64,000 nucleotides of DNA from an uncultured Hormoscilla sp. GTDB taxonomy: Bacteria; Cyanobacteriota; Cyanobacteriia; Cyanobacteriales; Desertifilaceae. The notes beneath the pieces are model-generated. The model was given only the letters and a program-made list of their open reading frames with translations, was not told the origin of the DNA and made no database searches. The stretch is taken from the NCBI GenBank assembly GCA_963921275.4, contig OZ001293.3, positions 6,368,001 through 6,432,000 on the forward strand, read 5' to 3'. A program made the translations under genes and the position numbers. Shown in pieces: positions 34,195 to 48,640 of the stretch. Position 1 is the stretch's first letter; every line of letters begins with the position of its first letter.

Positions 34195-34821
34195 ATGAAT
34201 GTAACGCATAGCGTAATGCCAACAAACAGTCCACCCGCTCAGTCAAACCCACCCATTTTGTCCAGCTTGTCCGATCCACCACTGAGAGATCGAGTCTGTC
34301 CCTGTCGCACGAGGTGGCAAATTGACCTAATTTTGCTGGCAATTGAGGCATTGGATCTGGGCGGCTCTCAAGCCATGCTAGCAGCCTCCGAGCAGTTAGA
34401 ACTACGAGGAATTATTAAAAATCGGGTATCTCTTTGGCGCTTACGCAACACCAACCCTTTCCGGCGATCGCATACACGCGGCAGTTTAAGCCTCATGGAA
34501 GCTAAGGCCCTGGTGGCGATCGCATGCCAATTGGCACGGCGGCAGACAATATTGCTCCGGCAGTTATTATTAGACTATGAGCAACTTATGCGCAAGCAGC
34601 TGCCGCTGGAAAACCATTTTCGACTGTCGGACTACACCGAACGCTTCCGGGCCCATTTCCGGAGTCGGATGAATCTACGTAGTTCTAGTATGGCGGTTTA
34701 CTCTGAAGATGACCAGTTAAATCGGTTAGCGATGAAAATGTTGAGCCAGCTGTTATTCTGTACTGGCACCTATGGGATGCAAAGATTTTGGACCAGTTTG
34801 TTTGATGGAGAGGTGGCATGA
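34195..34821 (+). CDS. DUF3038 family protein
   Basis: IDLILLAIEAL, NRVSLWRLRNTNP, QRFWTSLFDGEV. Confidence 0.85.
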   Translation: MNVTHSVMPTNSPPAQSNPPILSSLSDPPLRDRVCPCRTRWQIDLILLAIEALDLGGSQAMLAASEQLELRGIIKNRVSLWRLRNTNPFRRSHTRGSLSLMEAKALVAIACQLARRQTILLRQLLLDYEQLMRKQLPLENHFRLSDYTERFRAHFRSRMNLRSSSMAVYSEDDQLNRLAMKMLSQLLFCTGTYGMQRFWTSLFDGEVA

Positions 34822-36275
34822 GCATTCAGCGTCTGTATAGTCTACCCAATTGCACTTTGAGACTAGAGGGTTGGAACGACAATACCTCAGCTAGTCCACC
34901 AGAAGTCCTGTCGAACTTGACAGAGGCTGAATGTCAATTTACCGGGATACAGCAGTCTTTGACTGGCGGAAAGGAATTCTTGGTCAGTTTGGTAACGGCA
35001 GTCAGCCACTATGGCCAAGCATTTCTGAGTGGGGTGCATGTACCCGCGATGTCTGAGGGGTTTTTGCGCCAGCGCAGCGGCTGCACAGCAGCTAGCATCC
35101 CGAAGACATCGAACAGCCAGTCCCAGACCTCCACGCTGGTGCATCTGGAGAGACACGAGGAAAACCAACATCGGTTGATTGCGCAACCCATCGTACTTGT
35201 TAATGGCCAAAAGTCCACCGATGCCAAGCCGATTCAGATCGATTTGACCACACTACAGCTGTTCGATTTAGTGGAGGCCATAGATCAGTTTTTTGCCGAC
35301 ACTCAGACTTTACCCGATTTATCACCAGCCTGGAAGCCAGTTTCCCGGCGATATGTCCAAGCTAGTGTGCCAGCGGTACAGCGGGCCGCACCAGCAGCCT
35401 TGGGCATCTCTGGTTTAGCATTGGCGGCGATCGCACTTTTCTTCGTTCCCGTTCCAGAAATCGAACGCCCAACCAAACCAGCGTCTCAGTCTGAGACCAG
35501 CGAATCAACGGAAGAAAACCTGGCCGCGACTACTCCCGAACCCAGTTCGCAGACGCCACCAACTGAAAGGCGATCGTCCCTTTCAGCAGCTTCGTTAGAG
35601 GATGTTTTCAATTCACCTCCAGAAATTACCGATCCTACCCAACTGTATAGATTGAATTGGAGACTGTTCGAGCAAGTTGACCGGGCCTGGTCCGACAGAT
35701 CCAATCGAGATGGAGAATTAGTCTACCGCGTCACTACAGGTAGTGATGGGGCAATTTTGGGTTATAAACCTGTCAATCCTGCCGCGATCGAGCTAGGAGT
35801 AGAAAAGACCCCCCTAGCCGACTTAATTTACATCCCTACCAAGAGCAGCAAAAACTCCACCGTCCCGGAAAAATCAGAACCCATCGCCCAATTCAAGGTA
35901 GTGTTTACACCCACAGGCGTTGTCGAGGTTAGTCCGTGGTGGGGATTTACCGAACCCCCTAGAATTACTTCCCAAATTACAGACCCCTCTGTACTAGATA
36001 ATTTGAACCAAAACCTTTACGACCTGATCGATCGCAATTGGAAAACAACACCTACCTTCGATGGAGACTTGCTCTATCGCGTGGGCGTGAGTGAAGATGG
36101 AAAAATCGCCGACTATGAACCCCTCAATCAATCCGCTTATAAGTACCTCGATCGGACCCCCCTCCCCAGCTTACGCGAGAAAGAACGCTCACTATTCAAT
36201 CAGGCTCAGGCTCAATTTCAAGTCGTCTTTACTCCCATCGGAACCATACAAATCACTCCTTGGCAAGGATATTAA
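34818..36275 (+). CDS. DUF4335 family membrane protein
   Basis: YSLPNCTLRLEG, LFDLVEAIDQFFADTQTLP, duplicated C-terminal domain. Confidence 0.85.
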   Translation: MSIQRLYSLPNCTLRLEGWNDNTSASPPEVLSNLTEAECQFTGIQQSLTGGKEFLVSLVTAVSHYGQAFLSGVHVPAMSEGFLRQRSGCTAASIPKTSNSQSQTSTLVHLERHEENQHRLIAQPIVLVNGQKSTDAKPIQIDLTTLQLFDLVEAIDQFFADTQTLPDLSPAWKPVSRRYVQASVPAVQRAAPAALGISGLALAAIALFFVPVPEIERPTKPASQSETSESTEENLAATTPEPSSQTPPTERRSSLSAASLEDVFNSPPEITDPTQLYRLNWRLFEQVDRAWSDRSNRDGELVYRVTTGSDGAILGYKPVNPAAIELGVEKTPLADLIYIPTKSSKNSTVPEKSEPIAQFKVVFTPTGVVEVSPWWGFTEPPRITSQITDPSVLDNLNQNLYDLIDRNWKTTPTFDGDLLYRVGVSEDGKIADYEPLNQSAYKYLDRTPLPSLREKERSLFNQAQAQFQVVFTPIGTIQITPWQGY

Positions 36276-36455
36276 AGAGGAGGTGAGGGGGTGCAAGGAT
36301 ATTAAAGAGGGGGTGAGGGCCCACTCCCCCACTCTCTCACTCGGAACAATGCGTCCTTTAGGAACGAGGATTAAACAAGATGCTCATCGTAGACGCCATA
36401 ATGTCTTGTCACAGGCATTTCAGACTAATTTGACAGGTTATTAAATTCTCATTCC

Positions 36456-38142
<1,687 letters not shown>

Positions 38143-38774
38143 ATAATCATCTCTCTAAATTGGCATCTTGTGTGAGAAGCCAGGGCACCAGCGATCGTAA
38201 CGGACTTCTTTAGTTTATCTATATCATCGGTCGTCAGTTATCAGCACCATCCTTCGTCCAGAGGCAATCATGTAGAATCAACAAAAATACTTATTTGCCA
38301 AGGAGCAGCCCCTCCCTAGCTATCCGTCACCAGTTTCTCCATAATTATACCACAATCCCCACAGTTCGATCGTGCTTGGCTGCTTCAGTGAAATTATTGA
38401 TTTCCTCAGGTTTTGACTATATTTGTCTCAGAAATCGGGGATAAAAGACAATTGATAACAATTGGGATTGGCATGTATACTTTGAAAGGTTCAGACGAGT
38501 CAGTATTTAACAAGTTAAGCTATTGGCATGGTATATGTGCGATTCGTTTAGCGTAAACTAACTTGACACAAGTCAAGGAGGGGGACCGCTACCGGGATTT
38601 CGTAAGTCCCGAGAACTTACAGGTGATGGTGGTGAAAGCCCGCCCCTCCAGGTGCAGGAGTGACAGCACCCTCCCCACGGTAGCGATGGCATCAATCCGT
38701 GAAGCGGGAAGGAAAGGCGCTATGGCTGGGAGCCTAGACCGGTCATCGTCGAGCAAGTAACTATGATGAGCGTA

Positions 38775-39609
<835 letters not shown>

Positions 39610-39742
39610 AAGCGAAGGTTTGCAACGTCGTAAAGCCTATCCAGTGTAATAAGGCTGATACACTGGCCCAAAAAGGGAAAGGATACTGGTCATTGGCGGA
39701 TGTATACCCGACCAATAAGCACTGACAATAAACCCGGCGTAG

Positions 39743-40613
39743 GGATGGGGTCGAGCCGGGAATCGCTTCCCGACCCTCCCTTGAGGAACCGGACTTGCGA
39801 TTTTCACCGCATCCGGCTACTGGGTACTAGGCCCTTTTCATAGGTAGACTTAATAGGAATTACTTCCGTTAGCCCTTGCCGCCTGTCTTTTCTTCCCTTT
39901 CCTGGTTTAGCGAGTGGTTGTTCTGATAACCGTTAGTATCACCATTTTCAAGTCAGTTTTACCAGTTATCCATACCTTATCCTCCACTTGCGTTTCGGAT
40001 TAGTTCCGTGGCTTTTTAGGATTACTCATTCCAGCAGCTTCCTAGTATCACCGACCCACGTCAGCGCTGGCTACCCAGCATCATCTACATTACTGTAGAT
40101 GTTATCCCAGGAATTACCCCGGGCATTCGCTTCTTGGGTCATCCCTCCCCCCGTGGCTTGCGCTTAACATCTAACTTGTCCTGATGGACAGCACACGAGA
40201 GGTTACTTCGTTCCCTAACAACATTTCGCGATACCTTTAGGTCCACACTATACCCCGGGAGCTATTTGAGTACTATATTAGCCAGAGTCTAAAACTAATA
40301 CTAGCTACCATTTCCTTTTTAGGCCAGCGCATATAGCCTTATTTCGCTGGTTCCTTATAACGAGGCTTGCACATGTTTGCCTGCTCTAACCTTGGATATC
40401 TTTCCTAGCGGCGTCACCGGCTTAGGCTGCCAGTTATCCTACATTTGAGTCCTCGCTTAGCACCACGATGATGTCGCTTCGTAGCACCGAGGACCGGTGT
40501 CACCCCCGTACCTGGGGGGAGGGGAATTTAACCCCCATGCGGTCAGAGTTCCCGGCTAATGAAACCGGGCTAGCGTTCCGTGTTTGACCACGTTAGGCTA
40601 GAACGAATCGCAC
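39743..40613 (-). mobile_element. ORF-less group II intron, family C copy 1 (871 nt), antisense in the 5' ribozyme region of B
   Basis: Reverse complement of 55952-56822, near-identical. Confidence 0.92.
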
Positions 40614-42255
40614 AGAACCCGTCTAAGGTTACGACCAATCATCTGTAGGAACGAAGTAACCCGGTTGTAGCACTCTCCATCACCGGTCGATAGATGGAGT
40701 AGCCACCACAGGCGTAACATCTGCTCTCCGGAAGGCAGGACGCAACTGGGGGAGATTGAGTGGAGAAGTAAATGCCTGTCTGTAATGGATAGGATAAGCT
40801 GACGCCCTCACGGTCTCGTCAATTGTGAAGTTGTAAGTAGTAGTGAATATGTCACGGAACTTAGTCGAAAGACAAGAGTATGAATGGAAGACTGTCGCCT
40901 GGCGAAAGCTGGAAAGGATAGTTTTTAAGCTGCAAAAGCGAATTTACAGAGCGGCACTGGAAGGTAATAAGCAGAAGGTTCGTAAGCTCCAAGGATTACT
41001 AAATAGGTCATGGTCCGCGAAGATGATAGCGGTACGGCAGGTAACACAACAAAACCAGGGAAAGAAGACGGCTGGTGTGGATGGTGTGAAAGCACTGACC
41101 CCAAAAGAACGTATCGAACTGGTAGGTCAAATCAAAGTTACTCGAAAGGCGAAGGCAAAAGCCACACGAAGAGTGTGGATACCGAAGCCACGAAGGGAGG
41201 AGAAGCGGCCATTAGGAATACCAACGATGCACGACCGCGCACTTCAGGGATTGGTTAAAGAAGCGCTAGAGCCTGAATGGGAAGCGTATATGGAAGCCAA
41301 TTCCTACGGGTTTAGACCAGGTAGGGGATGTCATGATGCAGTTGCAGCGATATTCGCTAGCATCAGTCAAAAATCGAAATGGGTGTTAGATGCGGATATT
41401 GCGAAGTGTTTCGACGAAATTGACCATTCCGCGCTCCTAAAGAAATTGAATACTACGTCACCAATCCGTAAACAAATACGGGCATGGCTAAAAGCTGGGG
41501 TGATGGACCGGGGAAGGATGGAATCCACAGAAGCCGGAACTCCCCAAGGTGGGGTTATATCTCCATTACTAGCCAATATAGCTTTACATGGGCTGGAAGG
41601 GGTAGTAATGGGTCTCGCTCACACAAAAAGAGAGAAGGAGAAGTTAACCGTAGTAAGATATGCGGATGACTTTGTGGTAATACATAATGACCGGTCGATG
41701 ATTGAGGAAGCTCAAGGAGTGATTGAGGAGTGGTTGAAGGGAATAGGGCTGGAGCAAAAAGCCGAGAAAACGAAGATATCCCACACATTGGAAGGAGAGA
41801 GCCCTGGATTTGACTTCTTAGGGTTCAATATCCGACAATATAAAGTAGGGAAACACAGAAGCGGCAAACTCTGTAACGGAACCCCCCTAGGATTCAAGAC
41901 CCTAATCAAGCCTAGCGATAAATCCATAAGGAATCATAAAGAGCAGCTATCAGAGATAGTTCGCCGCCATAAAGGGGCACCGCAAACGGCCTTAATAGCA
42001 AGACTAAACCCGATGATAAGGGGATGGAGCAACTATTATAGGACGGTGGTAAGTAAAGAAACTTACAGCTCTATGGATAACTACTTATGGAAGTTGTTAT
42101 GGCGATGGGCAAAGAGAAGACATCCTAACAAAACGGGCAAATGGATTGCTAGTAAGTACTGGGGTATGACCGGGAAAGACCGGTGGAGGTTCGCTGGCAA
42201 GTCTAAAGAAGATGGAGGAATGAAGCTAAACCGATACTCTGAAACTGAAATAATC

Positions 42256-43996
42256 GGATGGGGTCGAGCTGGGAATCGCTTCCCGACCCTCCCTTGAGGA
42301 ACCGGACTTGCGATTTTCACCGCATCCGGCTACTGAGTACTAGGCCCTTTTCATAGGTGGATGGGGTCGAGCCGGGAATCGCTTCCCGACCCTCCCTTGA
42401 GGAACCGGACTTGCGATTTTCACCGCATCCGGCTACTGGGTACTAGGCCCTTTTCATAGGTAGACTTAATAGGAATTACTTCCGTTAGCCCTTGCCGCCT
42501 GTCTTTTCTTCCCTTTCCTGGTTTAGCGAGTGGTTGTTCTGATAACCGTTAGTATCACCATTTTCAAGTCAGTTTTACCAGTTATCCATACCTTATCCTC
42601 CACTTGCGTTTCGGATTAGTTCCGTGGCTTTTTAGGATTACTCATTCCAGCAGCTTCCTAGTATCACCGACCCACGTCAGCGCTGGCTACCCAGCATCAT
42701 CTACATTACTGTAGATGTTATCCCAGGAATTACCCCGGGCATTCGCTTCTTGGGCCATCCCTCCCCCCGTGGCTTGCGCTTAACATCTAACTTGTCCTGA
42801 TGGACAGCACACGAGAGGTTACTTCGTTCCCTAACAACATTTCGCGATACCTTTAGGTCCACACTATACCCCGGGAGCTATTTGAGTACTATATTAGCCA
42901 GAGTCTAAAACTAATACTAGCTACCATTTCCTTTTTAGGCCAGCGCATATAGCCTTATTTCGCTGGTTCCTTATAACGAGGCTTGCACATGTTTGCCTGC
43001 TCTAACCTTGGATATCTTTCCTAGCGGCGTCACCGGCTTAGGCTGCCAGTTATCCTACATTTGAGTCCTCGCTTAGCACCACGATGATGTCGCTTCGTAG
43101 CACCGAGGACCGGTGTCACCCCCGTACCTGGGGGGAGGGGAATTTAACCCCCATGCGGTCAGAGTTCCCGGCTAATGAAACCGGGCTAGCGTTCCGTGTT
43201 TGACCACGTTAGGCTAGAACGAATCGCACAGACTTAATAGGAATTACTTCCGTTAGCCCTTGCCGCCTGTCTTTTCTTCCCTTTCCTGGTTTAGCGAGTG
43301 GTTGTTCTGATAACCGTTAGTATCACCATTTTCAAGTCAGTTTTACCAGTTATCCATACCTTATCCTCCACTTGCGTTTCGGATTAGTTCCGTGGCTTTT
43401 TAGGATTACTCATTCCAGCAGCTTCCTAGTATCACCGACCCACGTCAGCGCTGGCTACCCAGCATCATCTACATTACTGTAGATGTTATCCCAGGAATTA
43501 CCCCGGGCATTCGCTTCTTGGGCCATCCCTCCCCCCGTGGCTTGCGCTTAACATCTAACTTGTCCTGATGGACAGCACACGAGAGGTTACTTCGTTCCCT
43601 AACAACATTTCGCGATACCTTTAGGTCCACACTATACCCCGGGAGCTATTTGAGTACTATATTAGCCAGAGTCTAAAACTAATACTAGCTACCATTTCCT
43701 TTTTAGGCCAGCGCATATAGCCTTATTTCGCTGGTTCCTTATAACGAGGCTTGCACATGTTTGCCTGCTCTAACCTTGGATATCTTTCCTAGCGGCGTCA
43801 CTGGCTTAGGCTGCCAGTTATCCTACATTTGAGTCCTCGCTTAGCACCACGATGATGTCGCTTCGTAGCACCGAGGACCGGTGTCACCCCCGTACCTGGG
43901 GGAGGGGAATTTAACCCCCATGCGGTCAGAGTTCCCGGCTAATGAAACCGGGCTAGCGTTCCGCGTTTGACCACGTTAGGCTAGAACGAATCGCAC
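42256..43996 (-). mobile_element. ORF-less group II intron, family C copy 2 (42256-42358 plus 43230-43996), antisense in the RT ORF and interrupted by C3
   Basis: The two segments sum to 870 nt of family C sequence, with a few private substitutions and a 1-nt deletion. Confidence 0.92.
42359..43229 (-). mobile_element. ORF-less group II intron, family C copy 3 (871 nt), inserted in C2 in the same orientation
   Basis: Complete copy at the site TAAGTCT|ACCTATG of family C. Confidence 0.92.
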
Positions 43997-44405
43997 AGAC
44001 ACGTAAAGGTTAAGGGGACAGCTAGCCCGTTTGACGGTAATCTGGTTTATTGGAGCAAAAGACTGAGAAAAAGCCCGGATGTGAGCGCTAGAGTTATCAG
44101 ACTGCTAAAAGAGCAGGATGGTAAGTGTGTGCACTGCGGACTGAAATTCAAAGATGGCGACAAATGGGAGGTTGACCATATTCTACCAGTTTCTAAAGGA
44201 GGTAAAGACTGGTATACCAACCTACAGTTGCTGCATGATTATTGCCATGATGTAAAGTCTGCCAGAGATGGTGACAAAGGCCGTATCCATGACAAGGATG
44301 GCGAAACTGAGGAGCCGGATGAGGTGAAAGTCTCACGTCCGGTTCTGAAGACGAGTCGGCGGGGTGACCCGTTGGCTTAGTTTAATCCATTACACCAAAC
44401 AATCC

Positions 44406-45212
44406 GTGACTGAAGATGATGAAATCCTGGAAACATCGAGGCCAACATTGGCTAGCAGCTTAATGCGGCTGTTGCTGGTGATGATATTTAGACTGTTGCT
44501 TCTAGGGGTGGGAGGAAGTTTATCTTTTATCTCCGGAGTGGCGCTCGCCCATTTCTATCCAGCAAAAAACGCTAAAATGCCCTTAGTAGAAAAAATCCTG
44601 CGCCGTTCTTTTACCCAGGCGATCACTGACCTTAAACGCCAGTATACTAATACATCAGGCCCTATCACGCCCCTAACGCCGTTACAAAGGCAAAACTTAC
44701 AAGCACAGTTAACCCAGCTACAGTCCCAGTTGCAGAATTTGCGCAATCGCACTGCGGCCCTAGAAACTGAAATCATGGGGTCCAGTTCCAAGCTATCAAT
44801 TGAAGCCCGCCTGGAGATCGTCTCCGAGCAACTAGATCCCAACAATTCCGGTTGGGACCGGAGACCACCCACCTTCATGGTTACCCTACCCAGTGACATT
44901 CTGTTCTCAGGAGACCAGACCACTCTTAATCCCAATCAGCAAGCAATCTTAGATAGCATCATTAGCGAGATGTCTTCCGACAAGGGATCCACTGTACGCA
45001 TCGCCGCCCACACGGATAATGTAGGTGACGCCCAAGATAACCTCCTACTCTCATTACAAAGAGCACAAGTTGTCAAGCAATATCTCGCCGCAGCGAAGGG
45101 CGATAAGTATCGCTGGATAGCTATCGGATACGGAGAAAGTCGCCCCTTAGTAGGCCATAATACTGATAGCAAACGACAACGCAACCGTCGCCTTGAAATC
45201 TCTATTGATTAG
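44406..45212 (+). CDS. OmpA/MotB C-terminal domain membrane protein
   Basis: TM segment, coiled coil, VTLPSDILF, AHTD, LSLQRA, GYGESRP, NRRLEI; start codon uncertain. Confidence 0.85.
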   Translation: MTEDDEILETSRPTLASSLMRLLLVMIFRLLLLGVGGSLSFISGVALAHFYPAKNAKMPLVEKILRRSFTQAITDLKRQYTNTSGPITPLTPLQRQNLQAQLTQLQSQLQNLRNRTAALETEIMGSSSKLSIEARLEIVSEQLDPNNSGWDRRPPTFMVTLPSDILFSGDQTTLNPNQQAILDSIISEMSSDKGSTVRIAAHTDNVGDAQDNLLLSLQRAQVVKQYLAAAKGDKYRWIAIGYGESRPLVGHNTDSKRQRNRRLEISID

Positions 45213-45216
45213 GAAG

Positions 45217-45365
45217 AGTTGTTAGTTGTTAGTTGTTAGTTGTTAGTTGTTAGTTAGTTGTTAGTTGCTAGTTGCTAGTTGCTAGTGGTTAACCACCCAC
45301 AACTGACCACCTACAACTGACCACCTACAACTAACACCTACAACTGACCACCTACAACTGACTAC
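45217..45365. repeat. STRR-type short tandem repeats forming an imperfect inverted array between convergent genes
   Basis: (GTTAGTT)n and (GCTAGTT)n, then (ACAACTGACCACCT)n. Confidence 0.85.
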
Positions 45366-45857
45366 TTAGCGATAGTTAGTAAACTGCAAGTCAATGGGGA
45401 AATCTTCCTGTTTTAGCAATTTAATCACCTGTTGCAGTTCATCTTTGGACTTAGCAGAAACCCGCACTGCATCTCCTTGAATCGATGCTTGCACCTTTTT
45501 GAATTTATCCCGAATTAATTTGGTGATTTTTTTTCCTATTTCCTGGTTAATACCTCTCTTGAGTTTTATTTCTTGACGAACCCGATCGCCGCTTGCTGAT
45601 TCCACTTTCCCGAAATCAAATATTTTCAGCGACAGATTTCGCTTCGCCGCTTTCGTCTGCAGGGCGGTGTGAACCGCCTGCAGGGTGAATTCGCTATCTG
45701 TGTTTACCGTAATTGCTTCCTCGCTTAATTCCAAGGTCGTTTTGGTATCTTTCAAGTCGTAGCGACTTTTAATTTCACGGTTAGTCTGGTCTAGGGCATT
45801 TACCAATTCTTGGTGGTCAAAGTCGCTGACAATATCAAAGGAATAGGTAGAAGCCAT
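45366..45857 (-). CDS. yajQ: YajQ family nucleotide/c-di-GMP-binding protein
   Basis: [30 protein letters not shown]. Confidence 0.95.
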   Translation of the reverse strand: MASTYSFDIVSDFDHQELVNALDQTNREIKSRYDLKDTKTTLELSEEAITVNTDSEFTLQAVHTALQTKAAKRNLSLKIFDFGKVESASGDRVRQEIKLKRGINQEIGKKITKLIRDKFKKVQASIQGDAVRVSAKSKDELQQVIKLLKQEDFPIDLQFTNYR

Positions 45858-45894
45858 AATTATTTTTCCTTTTCTCTTGACTAATGGCTTAACT

Positions 45895-46345
45895 TAAGGT
45901 ATGGAAGTCCCACTGCCCAGAGTCAGCAGGCCCAAGACAATTAACGTGACAGTGCAAGCACTGCCGAGGCCAAACATGAACGATCGCCCCAAGGGCACAT
46001 TCAAAATATAAAACACCGAGTATAGCAACCTCGCCCCCACAAAGACAAATGCTGCCACAGCAGCAGCCGTCGCCTCGGTGCCAGTTACATAAGGGCAGGC
46101 ATGGGTGCCGCTGCGGCATAGATCGTGAAAGTTTCAAAAGAGTTCTGGTGGGCCCAGGTTGCTCTTTTAGCATAATCCGGCAGCCGATCGAACATGGCCC
46201 GGGGTGCTCCCCGATCGTACCCCACCTGGGCCCGTCCATAGGCCACCACCAAAAAAGGCAGAGATATGAGCACCGCTGCTGCGGCAATAGAGTACAGCAG
46301 CATGGCTGACACCGGCAATTGTGATAAATCTATGTTCCTAATCAA
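45895..46345 (-). pseudogene. MAPEG family protein with a frameshift near 46095
   Basis: APRAMFDRLPDYAKRATWAHQNSFE; the C-terminal half (YVTG...ARLLYSVFYILNVPLGRSFMF) is in another frame. Confidence 0.75.
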
Positions 46346-46841
46346 AATAGAACAAAGTCATCACCTTACGCTGGTCTTCCGCATCACGGCAGGTTTTCAG
46401 CAGGGTGGTGCTGTCGTGAAAGGCAAAACAGATCAGCTGCTGGCATCTAGAAACGATCTCCGTATTGCACAAAGCACTAGCTTCTGCCAGTGACAGTTCA
46501 TTGTTTTCCGGCTTTTCCACCAGATGGATCACATTTTCCAGCAGAGTGCGAGATTCCCAGGGTTGACGATCTAAACTTTGGGGCAAAATCACCGTCAGCA
46601 GGTTAGGGTTTGCCCGCATCGCCCCCCGGATCGCCGCCGCATTTGTGCCGGTGGCACCCGAGGTGATCAGACGATTCCCGGTCTCTACCAGAGCATAGCT
46701 CATCAGCTCGATCAAATGCTGATGGGTGATTGGCACGTGACGCGACCCCAACAAGGCAATTCGCTTAGAGCTTGTTTGTTGGATGGCCGCTAGCTCTTGC
46801 TCTAATGTATCAATCTTGGGTAGCTCGATCGATTGAATCAA
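46338..46841 (-). CDS. DprA/Smf-like Rossmann-fold (SLOG) cyanobacterial protein
   Basis: IALLGSRHVP, TSGATGTNAA, ICFAFHDS. Confidence 0.85.
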   Translation of the reverse strand: MIQSIELPKIDTLEQELAAIQQTSSKRIALLGSRHVPITHQHLIELMSYALVETGNRLITSGATGTNAAAIRGAMRANPNLLTVILPQSLDRQPWESRTLLENVIHLVEKPENNELSLAEASALCNTEIVSRCQQLICFAFHDSTTLLKTCRDAEDQRKVMTLFYFD

Positions 46842-46959
46842 AGCCAGTAGGTTTTATTTGGCTGAACAACCTAGCCATTCTAGCATATGCAGAGTTATGG
46901 GTACAATTTTACGCTCACTTAAATTAAGAAACCCGGTTTTTTCCTCATACCGGGTTAGA

Positions 46960-48632
46960 GGCTACTGGTAAATCTGGCCACAGCTAATATTTTGATGCAT
47001 CCCCCAGATCCTCCATCATCACTCCCACAGCAGAGATCGCTATTAGGAGAATGTCGGCAACACATTAAAGGAAGAAATACACACCCGATCGCTTTTTCCG
47101 GCAAAAGGAATTGTCTCATGCCAGAAGTAGGAAGGAAACAGTACCAACAAACCTGCTGCTGGCTATTTAGTGTATTTCTCGATTTTTTTCCCGATCTGCT
47201 TTCCCTGGAAACAGGTCGCATTGAATATAATATACCCCGCTGCAAAAACTTTCTGGGTGAATGTGGGATTTTTGAAATTCTTCTTGCGCCAGTACCACAA
47301 CCCAACCACGAATGATCTCCAGCCTGATGGGATATCCTGGAAAAAGGATTGCTTGCACAATGGCTGAAATCATCCCGCAGCTTGCTATTCACCATCTCAC
47401 TTAGGGCTTTTATCGGGCGATCGCTATCGGCAGATATCTCATAGGTCTGCCGACCTTTGTATATAGTTTTGCCCATTCTAAGTACATAGGCAAAATTATT
47501 TTTATATAAGATCCTCACAGAGCAAGCGTTTTAGACTGTCCCTCGCACATCAAGTTGATATCTAGTTCGAGAATTCTCTCATAGAGTTTAACTGCTTCCG
47601 ACCACCGAGACTGCTTACATCCGAGTTCTGCCAGACCTGCGATCACCCCTACAGAATTATAGTCTGCTGCCAATGCCCGATTATAAGTAGTCGTGCAAAA
47701 TTATTTTTATATCTAATCCTCCTGCAACGCTTGCTCGGCGGCGATCCCATATAAAATTAATTTTGCCTAGGTACTTAGCAGGCAACTGCCTCGTCATCTT
47801 TTTTCTGTTGACTCAATAGCCAACCCAGATTAATCTGGGCATCAAGGGAACTCGGCGCTAGCTTAGTCACTTCCAGTGAATTCAGCTTCCGCAACATTTA
47901 TTCTCCCCTGTTCGTAGAATACCGCGCCAATATTAGCCAGGGCTTCTGTAGAAGTAGGATTAATTGCCAATGTTCGTTCGTAGGCCCGCTGGGCGAGATT
48001 ACCATTACGATACAGCGCCATGCCCAAAGAAGTCAAGGCTGGCAACAAATGTGGTTCCATAGATAGGGCTTGCATATAAGAGGCGATCGCCCCATATCCC
48101 CTGAAGCTTGCCACAGGTCTCCCAGGGTAACATAGGCTGGTACATGACGGGGGTTAATGGCGATCGCCTGCTGGAAAGCCCCGATCGCCTCTGTTGCCAT
48201 TCCCTTTTCCGTGAAAGCAATGCCCATGTTAAAGTACTAATCAGCCCCATCCGGCTTTGAAGCCACCGCACGCTGATAACAAGCGATCTCATCTCCAAGC
48301 TGACCAGCCCCACGATAGACATTCCCCAGATTATTCAGATTTATTCAGATAGCCTACATTGCCGGGTAAAATTTCCACAGCAGCTGTTAGCATATTTATC
48401 GCCGCTATGATATCTCCCCTTTGCCCCCTTCAGGACGATGATTCAAAACCTGGGAATTTTGCGGTTGCGACTTTAGCATTTGTTTGTAAACAGATTCTGC
48501 CTCTGCCAGCTGTCCCCCCTGATGGAGAGACAGGGCATAAGACAATATATCCGCTAGTAAATTATTACCCTGGATACCTCGATCGCCTTTACCTTTCTTT
48601 TTGGCCGCCTTCCGTCTTTGTTCCCTATTCAC
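46960..48632 (-). pseudogene. Fragments of a TPR / O-GlcNAc-transferase-like gene
   Basis: TPR pieces in several frames (LHQGGQLAEAESVY, EAIGAFQQAIAINP, YERTLAINP), interspersed with MITE ends. Confidence 0.55.
47684..47778. mobile_element. IS630-related MITE
   Basis: Imperfect TIRs TAAGTAGTCGTGCAAAATTA / TAATTTTGCCTAGGTACTTA; related ends at ~47479 and 26498. Confidence 0.6.
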
Positions 48633-48640
48633 CTTCAGCC

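Larger units (their letters stand above)
40849..44380 (+). pseudogene. ltrA: Group II intron reverse transcriptase/maturase with HNH endonuclease, split by introns C2/C3 (segments 40849-42255 and 43997-44380; 596 aa when joined)
   Basis: RVT_N, KRPLGIP, SYGFRPGR, GTPQGG, YADD, X domain LNPMIRGWSNYY; in-frame junction ETEII|RHVKVKG; HNH region CVHC..EVDHI..NLQLLHDYCH. Confidence 0.93.

Noticed and set aside
38563..38760. Similar small ORFs at 38563 and 58372 (VAMASIREAG) as a peptide family
   Set aside because: The similarity comes from conserved intron domain I RNA, not from coding sequence
42256..43996. Simple tandem duplication or assembly stutter of family C
   Set aside because: The inner copy is complete with exact ends at an EBS1-compatible site and the outer copy has private mutations; long-read confirmation is still advisable
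40849..44380. RT as a DGR, retron or CRISPR-associated RT
   Set aside because: It has RVT_N, X and HNH domains and lies within complete group II ribozyme boundaries; no template/variable repeat pair with adenine-specific differences was seen
44081..44380. Stand-alone HNH endonuclease gene
   Set aside because: It is the in-frame C-terminus of the split intron RT
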